From the IMG/VR virus record IMGVR_UViG_3300046616_000314, positions 372,001-436,000 of that record: 64,000 bases of DNA. One strand, written 5' to 3'. Every line of letters begins with the position of its first letter. The first letter of the stretch is position 1. Position numbers and translations under genes: made by a program. The notes below the pieces were generated by a model. That model was not told the DNA's origin. It searched no databases and saw only the letters and a program-made list of their open reading frames with translations. Positions 32,172-41,299 of the stretch are shown one piece after another.

Positions 32172-32461
32172 GCCTCATCATAAACCACATGCGGAGTCGT
32201 ATAGAGCTTCAAGGACCGCATACGGGCGAGTACATGCTTGAGGTTCTAGGCGACTACAGAGACAAGATTTATCGCGACCGCGAATGTCTCCGATCCAGGG
32301 TATTCACATGGTGCGTGGATCGCTTGGGCTATGCGCCTACGCTTACTGATCGCAACGAGAACGTTGCGAAGATGCACTTCAAATCCCCAGAAGATATTAT
32401 GGTGTTCCGGCTGAAATGGGGTCTTGGACCTAGCGCGGCGATGGCGGACTATACCGCTTGA
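32168..32461 (+). CDS. FKLKW-family paralog, dispersed
   Basis: TWCVDRLGYAP core; MHFKSPEDIMVFRLKWG. Confidence 0.85.
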   Translation: MSLIINHMRSRIELQGPHTGEYMLEVLGDYRDKIYRDRECLRSRVFTWCVDRLGYAPTLTDRNENVAKMHFKSPEDIMVFRLKWGLGPSAAMADYTA

Positions 32462-32485
32462 CAATACTCAAATCTACTGTAAGAT
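32458..32485 (+). promoter_or_regulatory. Early promoter TTGACA-N16-TAAGAT
   Basis: Upstream of 32515. Confidence 0.7.
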
Positions 32486-32514
32486 ACGAGTATTGATTTT
32501 CGCAGGGGTTTGTC

Positions 32515-32715
32515 ATGATTCTTCGCTCCAAGTCGTTTGAAATGAATGAACCGATTTCTGATGCGTTCATTGAGCGTAGTCATTTCGGTGTCGTCCTGAT
32601 CAACATCAATAGCGATGACCCCGCTGGCAACAAGTACGAATATGTCATCACGGGTGACAGTTCGGAATACGATCAAAATGAAATCGACGTGATCGCGAAG
32701 TTCGTGCTTGGCTAA
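32515..32715 (+). CDS. Hypothetical early protein
   Basis: Downstream of a promoter. Confidence 0.7.
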   Translation: MILRSKSFEMNEPISDAFIERSHFGVVLININSDDPAGNKYEYVITGDSSEYDQNEIDVIAKFVLG

Positions 32716-33053
32716 TGAAACAAATTCTCGGCGCCTTGCGTAATCAAACGCCTAAGTTTTTGCTCTACCGCGTTCTGTTGGAAGAGAGCGATGGCGGCTA
32801 TGCCAACCATAACTTATTTGCCGATCAGCCCTTGCACGAATTTGTGGTGGCTAGTGGAACGCTAGGCAACCATGATCGGCGCGGAACTACTGTTGTGGGC
32901 GAATGGTGCATGACGAATTTCGGCTACATGCCGACTGTTGTCATGCATGGCGGGGATGTTACGAAATCCAGTGATATCGTGCTACGCGAACACGCCATCA
33001 TCTTCAACGAGGAAGACCATGGCGTGTTGTTTCAGTTTAGGTGGAGAGTTTAA
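32715..33053 (+). CDS. FKLKW-family paralog, dispersed
   Basis: EWCMTNFGYMP core; IIFNEEDHGVLFQFRWRV. Confidence 0.8.
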   Translation: MKQILGALRNQTPKFLLYRVLLEESDGGYANHNLFADQPLHEFVVASGTLGNHDRRGTTVVGEWCMTNFGYMPTVVMHGGDVTKSSDIVLREHAIIFNEEDHGVLFQFRWRV

Positions 33054-33238
33054 AAGCGGGTCGTCCGACCACGCATAATAACCCAAAAAACCCAAATGAA
33101 GAACGGTTCAGCCGCAACATCGACGGCATCGATACGGAAGCTATTGTTCCATACGTTCAGCCCATTCTCACGGGCGATGTACCATAGCGGAAACGCCAGC
33201 ACGACAGACAGCAATAAAAAGAAAGTGGTTTTTGACAT
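33050..33238 (-). CDS. Small two-TM membrane protein
   Basis: MSKTTFFLLLSVVLAFPLW...PFFIWVFWVIM; start refined. Confidence 0.65.
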   Translation of the reverse strand: MSKTTFFLLLSVVLAFPLWYIARENGLNVWNNSFRIDAVDVAAEPFFIWVFWVIMRGRTTRF

Positions 33239-33239
33239 C

Positions 33240-33518
33240 TTAGACTCGGTTCTTACCAATGTGGAAGCCATCGCACATGGCGCATTTGTAGGGGCGGAAC
33301 TTCCCGCCATGTTTCTTTTCCATAGACACGGCAGCTTTCTCCGCACTCTTCAGGCTACCATAGGCGACCTTCGGTTTACCAGAGCCTTGCGCAATATGGG
33401 AATTCTTGTGGAACAGTCCCCAGGCATTTCGCGTGATGACGAAATTGCGGAACATCCGACTTAGGGGAAGCTGATACTTCAGAGCAAGAATTATATTTCG
33501 AATTTTCATTTTTGCCAT
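33240..33518 (-). CDS. Basic protein with a C-terminal YKCxxCxGFH Zn ribbon
   Basis: KVAYGS...AEKAA...YKCAMCDGFHIG. Confidence 0.75.
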   Translation of the reverse strand: MAKMKIRNIILALKYQLPLSRMFRNFVITRNAWGLFHKNSHIAQGSGKPKVAYGSLKSAEKAAVSMEKKHGGKFRPYKCAMCDGFHIGKNRV

Positions 33519-33745
33519 TTCAACTTGAAGAGGGCTGCATCATGATTGTTCTGAAATAGCACTTGCCATGTACGATATCCAGCATCATCCAAGAAATGCG
33601 TACACGTGATAGCATGGACATCGTAAATTTCGTTGGCGATACACCAGTCAATGATGTCTTCTTTCGTGCCTTGCTCGCGCAGAATAATGACACTACACGT
33701 GAAGCCAGGATAGTCTAATGGATCAACAACGTCTTCGAAATGCAT
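33506..33745 (-). CDS. FKLKW-family paralog, dispersed
   Basis: DWCIAN core; ends VLFQNNHDAALFKLKWQK. Confidence 0.85.
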   Translation of the reverse strand: MHFEDVVDPLDYPGFTCSVIILREQGTKEDIIDWCIANEIYDVHAITCTHFLDDAGYRTWQVLFQNNHDAALFKLKWQK

Positions 33746-33748
33746 GTG

Positions 33749-34543
33749 TTAGATAAGTCCGTTGGTCGCCACGCTAGAAGCAAGGTTCTTGCTGAAGATC
33801 AACACTTCCTTAGCCGATTTGTCCTTCGACATTCCATACGCCCACTGGGGCTCGACCTGCGGAAATTCGGCGTACATATCTAGGATTTCTTTCCCATTAT
33901 TATATGACATGACCCAGTTGTCGCGATCCTTCACTAGATCGAACAAAGCCGCATGGTCGAACCCCCGGTGTGTATCACCGCGATTGCCGTAGAGATTGTT
34001 CTTGTCTTCGTCCAACAGGTAGGGAGGATCGAGGTACAAGAACGCATCCGGGTTCTGAGCAATCGAGTCGCGGAAGTCCATCAGTTCGACAGTGAAATTG
34101 TCAACCTTGAAGTCCTTCAGATAGTCGATATTAGATACGTTAAATCGTTGACCGGCAGACATGCCGCCCGACATCGTAGAGCCACTGAACGACGAACGAT
34201 TGAGCACATAGAACGTGGCGCCCTTCTCGAAATCATCGGTCATGGTGGGGTTGGTCTTCTGAAGCGTCTTGAAGACATCCTTGGTGATCGGATGGTACTT
34301 CATCACTTCGGTATGCAGAGCCTTGTTATCCTTCAGGAGGGCATTCCAGAAACACACCAAGGGCTCAAACACGTCATAAGCCTTCACTTCCATACCTTGG
34401 GCTGCACACGCCAGTTCAACCGATCCACCGCCCAAAAATGGCGAACACAGTTTCTTAGTGTCGCGCGGGATGTACGAGAGGATGATGTCAACAGCGCGGC
34501 TCTTGCCGCCAGGGTAACGAAGGGGAGACTTGATCTTACGCAC
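33749..34543 (-). CDS. D12-class (Dam-like) DNA N6-adenine methyltransferase
   Basis: LRYPGGKSR, PFLGGGSV, FYVLNRSSFSG, YLDPPY and WVMSYN motifs. Confidence 0.93.
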   Translation of the reverse strand: MRKIKSPLRYPGGKSRAVDIILSYIPRDTKKLCSPFLGGGSVELACAAQGMEVKAYDVFEPLVCFWNALLKDNKALHTEVMKYHPITKDVFKTLQKTNPTMTDDFEKGATFYVLNRSSFSGSTMSGGMSAGQRFNVSNIDYLKDFKVDNFTVELMDFRDSIAQNPDAFLYLDPPYLLDEDKNNLYGNRGDTHRGFDHAALFDLVKDRDNWVMSYNNGKEILDMYAEFPQVEPQWAYGMSKDKSAKEVLIFSKNLASSVATNGLI

Positions 34544-35411
34544 TAGGAAGAATATCTTTCAAAATAAATTCAGGGTATTCAACAAAAATAATATTCGACT
34601 TCAGTTGGGGGCTCGATTTCATTCTTGTGTCACCGTTCTTCACGCGGACCTGTAAATGACAGGCGTGTCCCGTGTTGGTGAGCAATTTGAAATTGAACTT
34701 GTTGGCTTGCGTCTTGCCCCGCATCGGCAGGGTTTCGATGTCAACCACGTCAACGAAATTGAGTTTGTCTAAGACCGTATAATCCTCAACATAGCAACCC
34801 TTTTTCGAAATTGCGAATTTAAAATAGGGTTCGCTACCAAAAATAAATTTGCCTAGGGTGTTAGCTAACTTGGCGCGATCTTCGCTCTCGTTGATCAGAT
34901 TTACCGAAGAACTAACCCACTCGTCATAAGCATTGTACTTGCCGCCCCAAGATGAGAATCGACGTTCATCCGTGGGGAACTGATCATAAAGGCTGCGGAT
35001 ACTCGCGCCTTGATCGGGGTTGACACCATAAACTTTGGTGAAGTCGTAATTGCGATGGGTTCGATTACTTTTCAGTTCGGGATTGTTGTGCTTGCACGAG
35101 ATACCGAACCACTTGTCACCTTCGGCAACGATGTCGCGGGGATCACCCTTTGCGCCAGCCATGTCGCTATTGAAGGCGAAGAATTCTGGTAGGGGTCGCC
35201 CTTCCGAACGCTTCACGTAATCCACAACATAGTTCAGAGCAATCTCATCCATATGATTGTAGAGGGTCGGTGCATCTAAACGTAATTCGCCGTGTGCGCT
35301 TTGATTAGCGAAATACGAGGGATTTTGCGTGAATGAAATTCCAGTGACGCTCGTTAGATGATGAGCAACAAGAAATTCGAATGCTTTGCCGTTACGGACT
35401 TGTGTAGCCAT
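34536..35411 (-). CDS. HaeIII-family type II restriction endonuclease (PD-(D/E)xK)
   Basis: NGKAFE, NPSY, NSDxAGxKGDPRDI and WFGISCKHNN...KSNR match the recalled HaeIII family pattern (GRAFE...QSD...GDVRD...IGxSxKxNH...KHSR); start refined to MATQVRNG. Confidence 0.75.
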   Translation of the reverse strand: MATQVRNGKAFEFLVAHHLTSVTGISFTQNPSYFANQSAHGELRLDAPTLYNHMDEIALNYVVDYVKRSEGRPLPEFFAFNSDMAGAKGDPRDIVAEGDKWFGISCKHNNPELKSNRTHRNYDFTKVYGVNPDQGASIRSLYDQFPTDERRFSSWGGKYNAYDEWVSSSVNLINESEDRAKLANTLGKFIFGSEPYFKFAISKKGCYVEDYTVLDKLNFVDVVDIETLPMRGKTQANKFNFKLLTNTGHACHLQVRVKNGDTRMKSSPQLKSNIIFVEYPEFILKDILPSA

Positions 35412-35432
35412 GGTGAATGTTAAAAACAAAAT

Positions 35433-35457
35433 GGGGATCACCAACTAAGTGATCCCC
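35433..35457 (-). terminator. Intrinsic terminator GGGGATCAC-N7-GTGATCCCC followed by a T-rich tract
   Basis: 9-bp stem then ATTTTGTTTTT on the minus strand, 21 nt before the endonuclease ATG. Confidence 0.75.
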
Positions 35458-35527
35458 AGATTTGTTCCGGTTCCTTAATTTGTTAACCATGTATAACAAA
35501 GGCTAGGAACCATATGCATTATTAAAA

Positions 35528-35851
35528 TTACAGTGACTCGTAATTTTCTTTCAGCCACTCGATAACAGCATTGAAATCATTCGAAGAATCGCTAAGTTCA
35601 GCGAGCTTTAAAACCTCTTCTTCCGACTTGATTTTGCATCGTTTCATGGCGTCTTTGCTCATCACCAAAGGTGAGCCTGCCCACGTATAACCGTGAAGGT
35701 CGCTTTGAACCCAGGCTTCCTTGTCTAGGAAATCGAGCAACACTCCAAGAGCGCAGAAATGGTCATCGTGGTCGCGCAAACCACACTTACCATGTTTGTA
35801 TTCACCGGATTCAAGACGTTCGATCCACTTAAGGGCGGTTCCGCGATTCAT
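35528..35851 (-). CDS. Conserved-type phage hypothetical protein (WxxxLxSGxY...CxLGV)
   Basis: WIERLESGEYKHG...FCALGVLLD. Confidence 0.75.
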   Translation of the reverse strand: MNRGTALKWIERLESGEYKHGKCGLRDHDDHFCALGVLLDFLDKEAWVQSDLHGYTWAGSPLVMSKDAMKRCKIKSEEEVLKLAELSDSSNDFNAVIEWLKENYESL

Positions 35852-36702
35852 GCTGCTAGATCGTCCGACTTCGAAACCAGCGGGGGAGCCTTGGGCTTAC
35901 GACCACGGGTAGACTTGGCGCCTTCCGGTAGACGATACTCAAGTTCGTTCTCGACCTGTCGGGTGTACGACGGGGTTGCGCCAGCCATGATGAGAAGGTC
36001 ATCGCGGATGTTCTGGTTCTTCTTTTCGAGGTTCAGAATGCGGGTGAAGCAATTCTTGATGACGGTGGTATAGAAAGCGAACGGGTTGTCCGACTTGCTC
36101 TCGTCAAACTGAAGACCGATTTGCGCAAGCTGAAGGTGGGCTTGGCTACGCATTTCGTCTACATACGTATAACCGCGCCAGTTGCCGCGACGCGAGTAGC
36201 GTTCGACCAGCAACATCATCATCATGGCAAGGCGATTGTTGATCTTGCCGTTGTCGGTGCAGAAGTGACCGTTTTCAATGCCGCCCTTCCAATGCGAACG
36301 CAGCACTTCCTTCAGACCGTCTTCAGTCATGATGTAGTGCTTGAAGGGTGGGAAACCTGCCTTGACGTAAAGCTTGTCGCCAACGACCTTGCTCTTACGT
36401 GATTTAATAGGGTCTTCTGGAATGTGTTCGTAAGTCATAACCCGGAACACGAGGCTTTCGGTGGTGATGGTGTTAATGTCGATTGAGGGTTTGCCACGAG
36501 GCGATGCCTTCTTAGCCTTTACCTTGTCAATCAGTTCTTGTGTGATCTCACTCTTGTCTAAAACAATGATGTCATGGTTGGAATGCGCTTCATCAACGAA
36601 AGAACAAAATGACTTCTTGCTTTCGTGAATAGCTGCTAACAACTCTTTGTTATTGATATACTTGATTTTTGCACTTTGTGCAACTGCTGGGGTAATGCTC
36701 AT
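35848..36702 (-). CDS. gp55: Late-transcription sigma factor (T4 gp55-like)
   Basis: YINNKELLAAI, RGYTYVDEM, FDESKSDNPFAFYT and ILNLEKK motifs. Confidence 0.9.
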   Translation of the reverse strand: MSITPAVAQSAKIKYINNKELLAAIHESKKSFCSFVDEAHSNHDIIVLDKSEITQELIDKVKAKKASPRGKPSIDINTITTESLVFRVMTYEHIPEDPIKSRKSKVVGDKLYVKAGFPPFKHYIMTEDGLKEVLRSHWKGGIENGHFCTDNGKINNRLAMMMMLLVERYSRRGNWRGYTYVDEMRSQAHLQLAQIGLQFDESKSDNPFAFYTTVIKNCFTRILNLEKKNQNIRDDLLIMAGATPSYTRQVENELEYRLPEGAKSTRGRKPKAPPLVSKSDDLAA

Positions 36703-36871
36703 ATAGTTAATATATCCTATCTTAATTCTAATACGCAATTTTTATTATTCAAAAACACTTGAAATAGTGAAATTAATACAGTAACATGGAAGAATCTGGT
36801 CTCCACTAGCGATTTAGATTGCCTATTTCGTCTCAGATCGTGTATGGTTAACTCCTACTTTAATGCATTCA

Positions 36872-36877
36872 TAAATA
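36872..36877 (+). promoter_or_regulatory. Late promoter TAAATA
   Basis: At the head of the plus-strand baseplate operon. Confidence 0.6.
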
Positions 36878-36882
36878 TGAGT

Positions 36883-37404
36883 ATGGCTATGCGCGTTATT
36901 TTTACCTATGTGCGAATGAATCCAGTGACGGTTGGACACGACCGTTTGGTGGGTGAGATCGTGCGACAAGCGAAGGCAAGTGGATCGTCTGCTTATCTTT
37001 ACCTGTCGCAATCACATGATGCTGACCGCAATCCATTGAACCCGGAATACAAGCTTGGAGTGATCCAAAAGCGGTATCCAGGCGTCACGGTTAAACTTGC
37101 TAAGAACGTATTCGAGGCAGGACAAGACATGGCGTCTGAGGGTTTTAAGGAAGCTGTCATGGTGGTCGGAGCCGACCGCTATGAGTCATTTGGTCAGTCG
37201 CTTTCTAAGTACGTAGGGACGGAAGTCCTGCCCTTGGAAAAGATTGATGTCGAATTCATTACACGTGGCGAAGAAGAAGCAAGTGCAACTAAAGCACGTC
37301 TCGCCGCGCTGAATGGTGACATTGAAGGTTTCGCTGCACTCGTTGGGTCTAACGAAGTGCATGAACTGTATGAAGCTGTTCGGGAGGGTATGGGAGCAAA
37401 GTAA
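36883..37404 (+). CDS. HIGH-superfamily nucleotidyltransferase (phage cytidyltransferase-like)
   Basis: RMNPVTVGH, SHDADRNPL, VVGADR and SATKAR motifs. Confidence 0.82.
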   Translation: MAMRVIFTYVRMNPVTVGHDRLVGEIVRQAKASGSSAYLYLSQSHDADRNPLNPEYKLGVIQKRYPGVTVKLAKNVFEAGQDMASEGFKEAVMVVGADRYESFGQSLSKYVGTEVLPLEKIDVEFITRGEEEASATKARLAALNGDIEGFAALVGSNEVHELYEAVREGMGAK

Positions 37405-37407
37405 TAT

Positions 37408-38562
37408 ATGGCTGGCAATGTAACACCGATTACGACAAGTGGTGTTGAAGTTATTACAGGCGTTCAAGTTGGTGATGTTGATACAACACCTTCAAAAGTC
37501 GCGCTGGCAGTTTCGTCCTATAACTTGAAAGACGCTGATGGCAAGACTGCATTTGTCAATAGCGTTCAAGCAAAAGAAACCCCTGGCTTCAACAAAGCAT
37601 TCAATGATGCTTTGGGTATCAAAAAGAATACAAGCGTAGCGTATACGTCGGTTGAATTAACTTCGGCAACGATTGCCACTCCCGCCAATCTCCAAGGCAT
37701 TACTGCACCAAAGGCGGGTGGTGATTTCATGGCGGCTGGCGACATGCGTCAGCGCATCACGGGCATCACCGTTGCGCAGCCCGGTTCAGATTTTGTTGCG
37801 GCAGGTAGCCTTAATCCTACGATGGATTTGCAAGGTATCAGCGGGACACAACCCGGATCGGATTTCGTAGCCGCTGGATCATTTGCCCAACCTAATTTCA
37901 CCGCGTATTCCAACACGTCTAACGACATCCGCGTTCGCCTATGTGCCCAGGTGGGTCAAGAGTCGCGCGTCTATGGTGACGACACACCTGACAATCTGAT
38001 GTCGATCATGCATCCGAAGGCGCATGGCACGAATGGTCTGTTGTTCCCGTACACGCCGACGATCAGCGTTACCCAGGCTGTTGACTACAAGGAAGCTGGT
38101 CCTCTGGTTCACACCAATGCCGACATCCAAGCCTATAGCCGTACACCGAGCGTGACCTTCAGTGTCACAGGCAAGTTCACCATTCAGAACCAACGCGAGG
38201 GACGCTATGCGCTCGCGGTTCTGCATTTCCTCCGTACCGTTTCGAAGATGTATTTCGGTGAACAAGACAAGGCAAATGGTCTGGCAGGCTTGCCGCCGCC
38301 CGTGTTGGTGTTCAACGCTTACGGCAATTATATGTTTAACAATCTCCCGGTCATCCTGAAGTCGCATAGCTACACATTGAACGACACGGTTGACATGGTT
38401 GACGTGCAAACAGCCGGTGGCATTGCCCGCATTCCGGCATTGTTTGAAATCAGCATGGATTTGGCTGTTCAACAATCGCCATCGAAACTCCGCAAAGAAT
38501 TCAGCCTTGATGCTTTCCGCACTGGTGATCTGATGCGCAATAACAAGTCAGGGTGGATTTAA
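37408..38562 (+). CDS. Baseplate tail-tube initiator/cap-like protein with N-terminal repeats
   Basis: LFPYTPTI...HFLRTVSKMYFG...GLPPPVLVFNAYG; position at the head of the baseplate module. Confidence 0.7.
   Translation: MAGNVTPITTSGVEVITGVQVGDVDTTPSKVALAVSSYNLKDADGKTAFVNSVQAKETPGFNKAFNDALGIKKNTSVAYTSVELTSATIATPANLQGITAPKAGGDFMAAGDMRQRITGITVAQPGSDFVAAGSLNPTMDLQGISGTQPGSDFVAAGSFAQPNFTAYSNTSNDIRVRLCAQVGQESRVYGDDTPDNLMSIMHPKAHGTNGLLFPYTPTISVTQAVDYKEAGPLVHTNADIQAYSRTPSVTFSVTGKFTIQNQREGRYALAVLHFLRTVSKMYFGEQDKANGLAGLPPPVLVFNAYGNYMFNNLPVILKSHSYTLNDTVDMVDVQTAGGIARIPALFEISMDLAVQQSPSKLRKEFSLDAFRTGDLMRNNKSGWI
37696..37890 (+). repeat. Three GI-x4-G-[SG]-DF-[VM]-AAG repeats
   Basis: GITAPKAGGDFMAAG, GITVAQPGSDFVAAG, GISGTQPGSDFVAAG. 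Confidence 0.75.
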
Positions 38563-38867
38563 TGAGCAAGTATACTTACGCGGCGTCTTCGCCCTACGCA
38601 ACTACATCCCAAACCAATTGGTACATCGGTTACTATGCTCCGCGCGCGATCCCGCCTGCTGCGGACGACAAACCGTTCACGGTTCTGCCTAAGCACGACA
38701 CCAAGCCGACTGTTTTGAGCAATGATCTTTACGGTACGCCCGCTCTTTGGTGGGTGTTCGCCGTTCGCAATCGTAACCTGATAAAAGACCCGGTTTGGGA
38801 CTTGAAAGAAGGTTTGGAAATTATTGTCCCCTCATTGGCGACACTCAAGAAAGCACTTGGCATATGA
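38562..38867 (+). CDS. gp53: Baseplate wedge LysM-like protein (T4 gp53-like)
   Basis: SSPYA...KPTVLSNDLYGTPALWWVFAVRN...DPVWD...GLEIIVP. Confidence 0.8.
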   Translation: MSKYTYAASSPYATTSQTNWYIGYYAPRAIPPAADDKPFTVLPKHDTKPTVLSNDLYGTPALWWVFAVRNRNLIKDPVWDLKEGLEIIVPSLATLKKALGI

Positions 38868-41299
38868 CGATTAAAGACGATCAAGAGAAACAAACGTTAC
38901 TCCGTCCCTACGTCCCCCAATCGAATAGCGCGGCTCTGACACATAACTGGAATACGCTCTCAAGCTTTGAGGAACCAACACCCTTGAAGCAATCTGAGAC
39001 GCATCGGTATGAAGCCTTGGTTAGTAAAGACCAATTGGCTGTCTTAGATGCAAAGGCAGTTGTTCCACAAACGCAATCAACTTATGTAACTCAAGCGGAT
39101 GCCGTTGTTGAGAATACATCGGATATGCTTCGCGCTGAATTGGAAACCGAAGAAGGTTTCATTGAAAACATTCTTAGCCGTTATCCGAGCTATGCTTACA
39201 AGTTCCGTTTGTTTATGACAAACGAGATCGATATTGCTTTGAGAGCAAAGACCGGCACTGAAGCTAATCTGTATAATGCTCTAGATGAATTGAACCAATA
39301 CACGTTGGCTGAAAGCGGCGTGACGGCTGGCTTTAATATCAAGAGCGTTGAAATGAATACGGCGGCTGGTCCGAACTTCCGAACCCGCAATTCGTATCTT
39401 ACTGAAATCAAGATGGAAGTGAATGAGCCGAAGGGTTCAAGCTTCACGGAAGTCTTGAGCAATGCGGCAGAGCGTTTGAGAATTTCGAATTATCGCTTGT
39501 TCTGGTACTATCTGGAACTTACATTCATTTCGTATAATGATGACGGTTCGATCAACGAATCTCCATTGGAAGATTTGAACCTTCCTAATGGTGGTCGTTG
39601 GATTTGGCAGATTGACATCAATAAGTTGGATGCTCGCGTTGACGAAAGCGGGTCCAACTATACGCTATCCTGTCGTCCACATAGCATGACCGCATTCAAT
39701 GACAACTTCCTAGGTACACCAGACAACTTGACGGTTGAGGGTAGCACTATTGGTGATCTGTTCGCCGACATGAGCAAGAAACTGACCCAGGCTTATACTC
39801 GCCGCTACGCTGGTGAAATTTATAAGTTTAAGATTGTCAATCGGGGTATCGAAGGCAAAGACATCGATATGAACACCTTCAAGGTTCAGCCTGACAAGGA
39901 TGTCGATAACATTCGTGCTTTGTCGATGGTTGCCAATAAGAAGAATATTCCTTCGGCATCTATTCCCAAGGGAACAACGGTTTCTGACTTCATTGATTTC
40001 GCATTCATCCACTCGGAAGATGCACAAAAAATCATGCTGGATACGTCTTCGCCGGTTAACTTGGAAGACTCGGACGGCACGTTCAATGGCAAGGGTTATC
40101 GAGCTTCGGTCATCTTCCGAATTGAAACCGATGTTGTGGTTACAGGTTTCGACCCGATTACCAACACCTACATGAAGGAAATCACCTACAACGTTTGGGG
40201 CTACAAGACTAAGGCTGCGTTGTTGAGCCGTTCACAGGGCGACAACATTATCAAGTCGCCGAAGGTTGCTGTTGATATGGTCAAAGCCATTAAAGCAGAC
40301 GGTGGAATGAAAAAGAAATATGACTTCATGTACACTGGCATGAACACCGAAGTCTTGCGTTTCGATTTCAATTACAACATGGCATTCAGTGTCGTCTTGG
40401 GTAACATCGCCGGTTGGCGCCAAGGCTACGATCAAGTTGCGGTTCACGCCAAGGTCGCGCCCAATGGAACCAACATCAAGGCTGGTGGCAGTCAATCGGG
40501 TGAAGTCAACGAATTGACGGTTGACCAAGTAGCCAAGCAAATTGATGATTTGAAACGAGATCGCGCCACGGCAGAAGCTAATTCGCAATTGACGGATGCA
40601 CAACGCCAAACCGTCTTTGCACAAATTGATGCGCGGTCACGTCGTCTTCAAACTCGCGCCGATCTACTTCGTAAAAATTATAACGATGCGAAGGTTTCGC
40701 AATTAGAAGCCGACATTCGCGATGGTTCAACAAACGCTTATAGCGAAGACACATTCGGGGAAGACTACGTTCCTACCTATGACTCTACGCTGAAGATTTC
40801 TTATCAGTCTCAGACCGATGAATCTACCAACGCTCAAGGAACGGGTTTCTTGGGTCACTGGCATCGCGGCGAGAGCTTGACGGGTTCGTTGTTCAACCAA
40901 TTGTATCAGCCGATGAACAACGCAATGTTCAAGATCAGCATTGATATTCGCGGCGATCCTTATTGGTTGGGAGCTTCGAACTTGGATCGTCGTGCATTGT
41001 TGAATGGGCTGACCTTGAAGCAATCGCAACATGCTGATCTCAAGGCTTTGCCGACTTTCGTTCAACATGACACGGCGTTTGCTTTGAACTTCCGCTTCCC
41101 CGCTCGTATCGATCCCGAAACTCAAATCCCAGAAATCCGCAAGGACGATTCGTTTAACGGTGTTTACGTTGTGACGATGATCAAAAGCGTATTCTCGGAT
41201 GGGGCTTTCACACAAACACTAGACGCTTACAAACTTCCTTTGGTCAACATGGTTGGTCAGAGCAATCCTAAGACGACAGACGCCGGTACAATTCAATGA
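38864..41299 (+). CDS. Large baseplate hub protein (gp27-like)
   Basis: Lies between gp53 and gp5; IDIRGDPYWL and GVYVVTMIKSVFSDGAFTQTL hub-type C-terminus. Confidence 0.7.
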   Translation: MTIKDDQEKQTLLRPYVPQSNSAALTHNWNTLSSFEEPTPLKQSETHRYEALVSKDQLAVLDAKAVVPQTQSTYVTQADAVVENTSDMLRAELETEEGFIENILSRYPSYAYKFRLFMTNEIDIALRAKTGTEANLYNALDELNQYTLAESGVTAGFNIKSVEMNTAAGPNFRTRNSYLTEIKMEVNEPKGSSFTEVLSNAAERLRISNYRLFWYYLELTFISYNDDGSINESPLEDLNLPNGGRWIWQIDINKLDARVDESGSNYTLSCRPHSMTAFNDNFLGTPDNLTVEGSTIGDLFADMSKKLTQAYTRRYAGEIYKFKIVNRGIEGKDIDMNTFKVQPDKDVDNIRALSMVANKKNIPSASIPKGTTVSDFIDFAFIHSEDAQKIMLDTSSPVNLEDSDGTFNGKGYRASVIFRIETDVVVTGFDPITNTYMKEITYNVWGYKTKAALLSRSQGDNIIKSPKVAVDMVKAIKADGGMKKKYDFMYTGMNTEVLRFDFNYNMAFSVVLGNIAGWRQGYDQVAVHAKVAPNGTNIKAGGSQSGEVNELTVDQVAKQIDDLKRDRATAEANSQLTDAQRQTVFAQIDARSRRLQTRADLLRKNYNDAKVSQLEADIRDGSTNAYSEDTFGEDYVPTYDSTLKISYQSQTDESTNAQGTGFLGHWHRGESLTGSLFNQLYQPMNNAMFKISIDIRGDPYWLGASNLDRRALLNGLTLKQSQHADLKALPTFVQHDTAFALNFRFPARIDPETQIPEIRKDDSFNGVYVVTMIKSVFSDGAFTQTLDAYKLPLVNMVGQSNPKTTDAGTIQ

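Noticed and set aside
88-33745. Diversity-generating retroelement as the source of variation
   Set aside because: No reverse transcriptase, and no near-identical template/variable repeat pair differing only at adenines.
33953-34546. 197-aa plus-strand ORF
   Set aside because: Antisense to the Dam-like methyltransferase.
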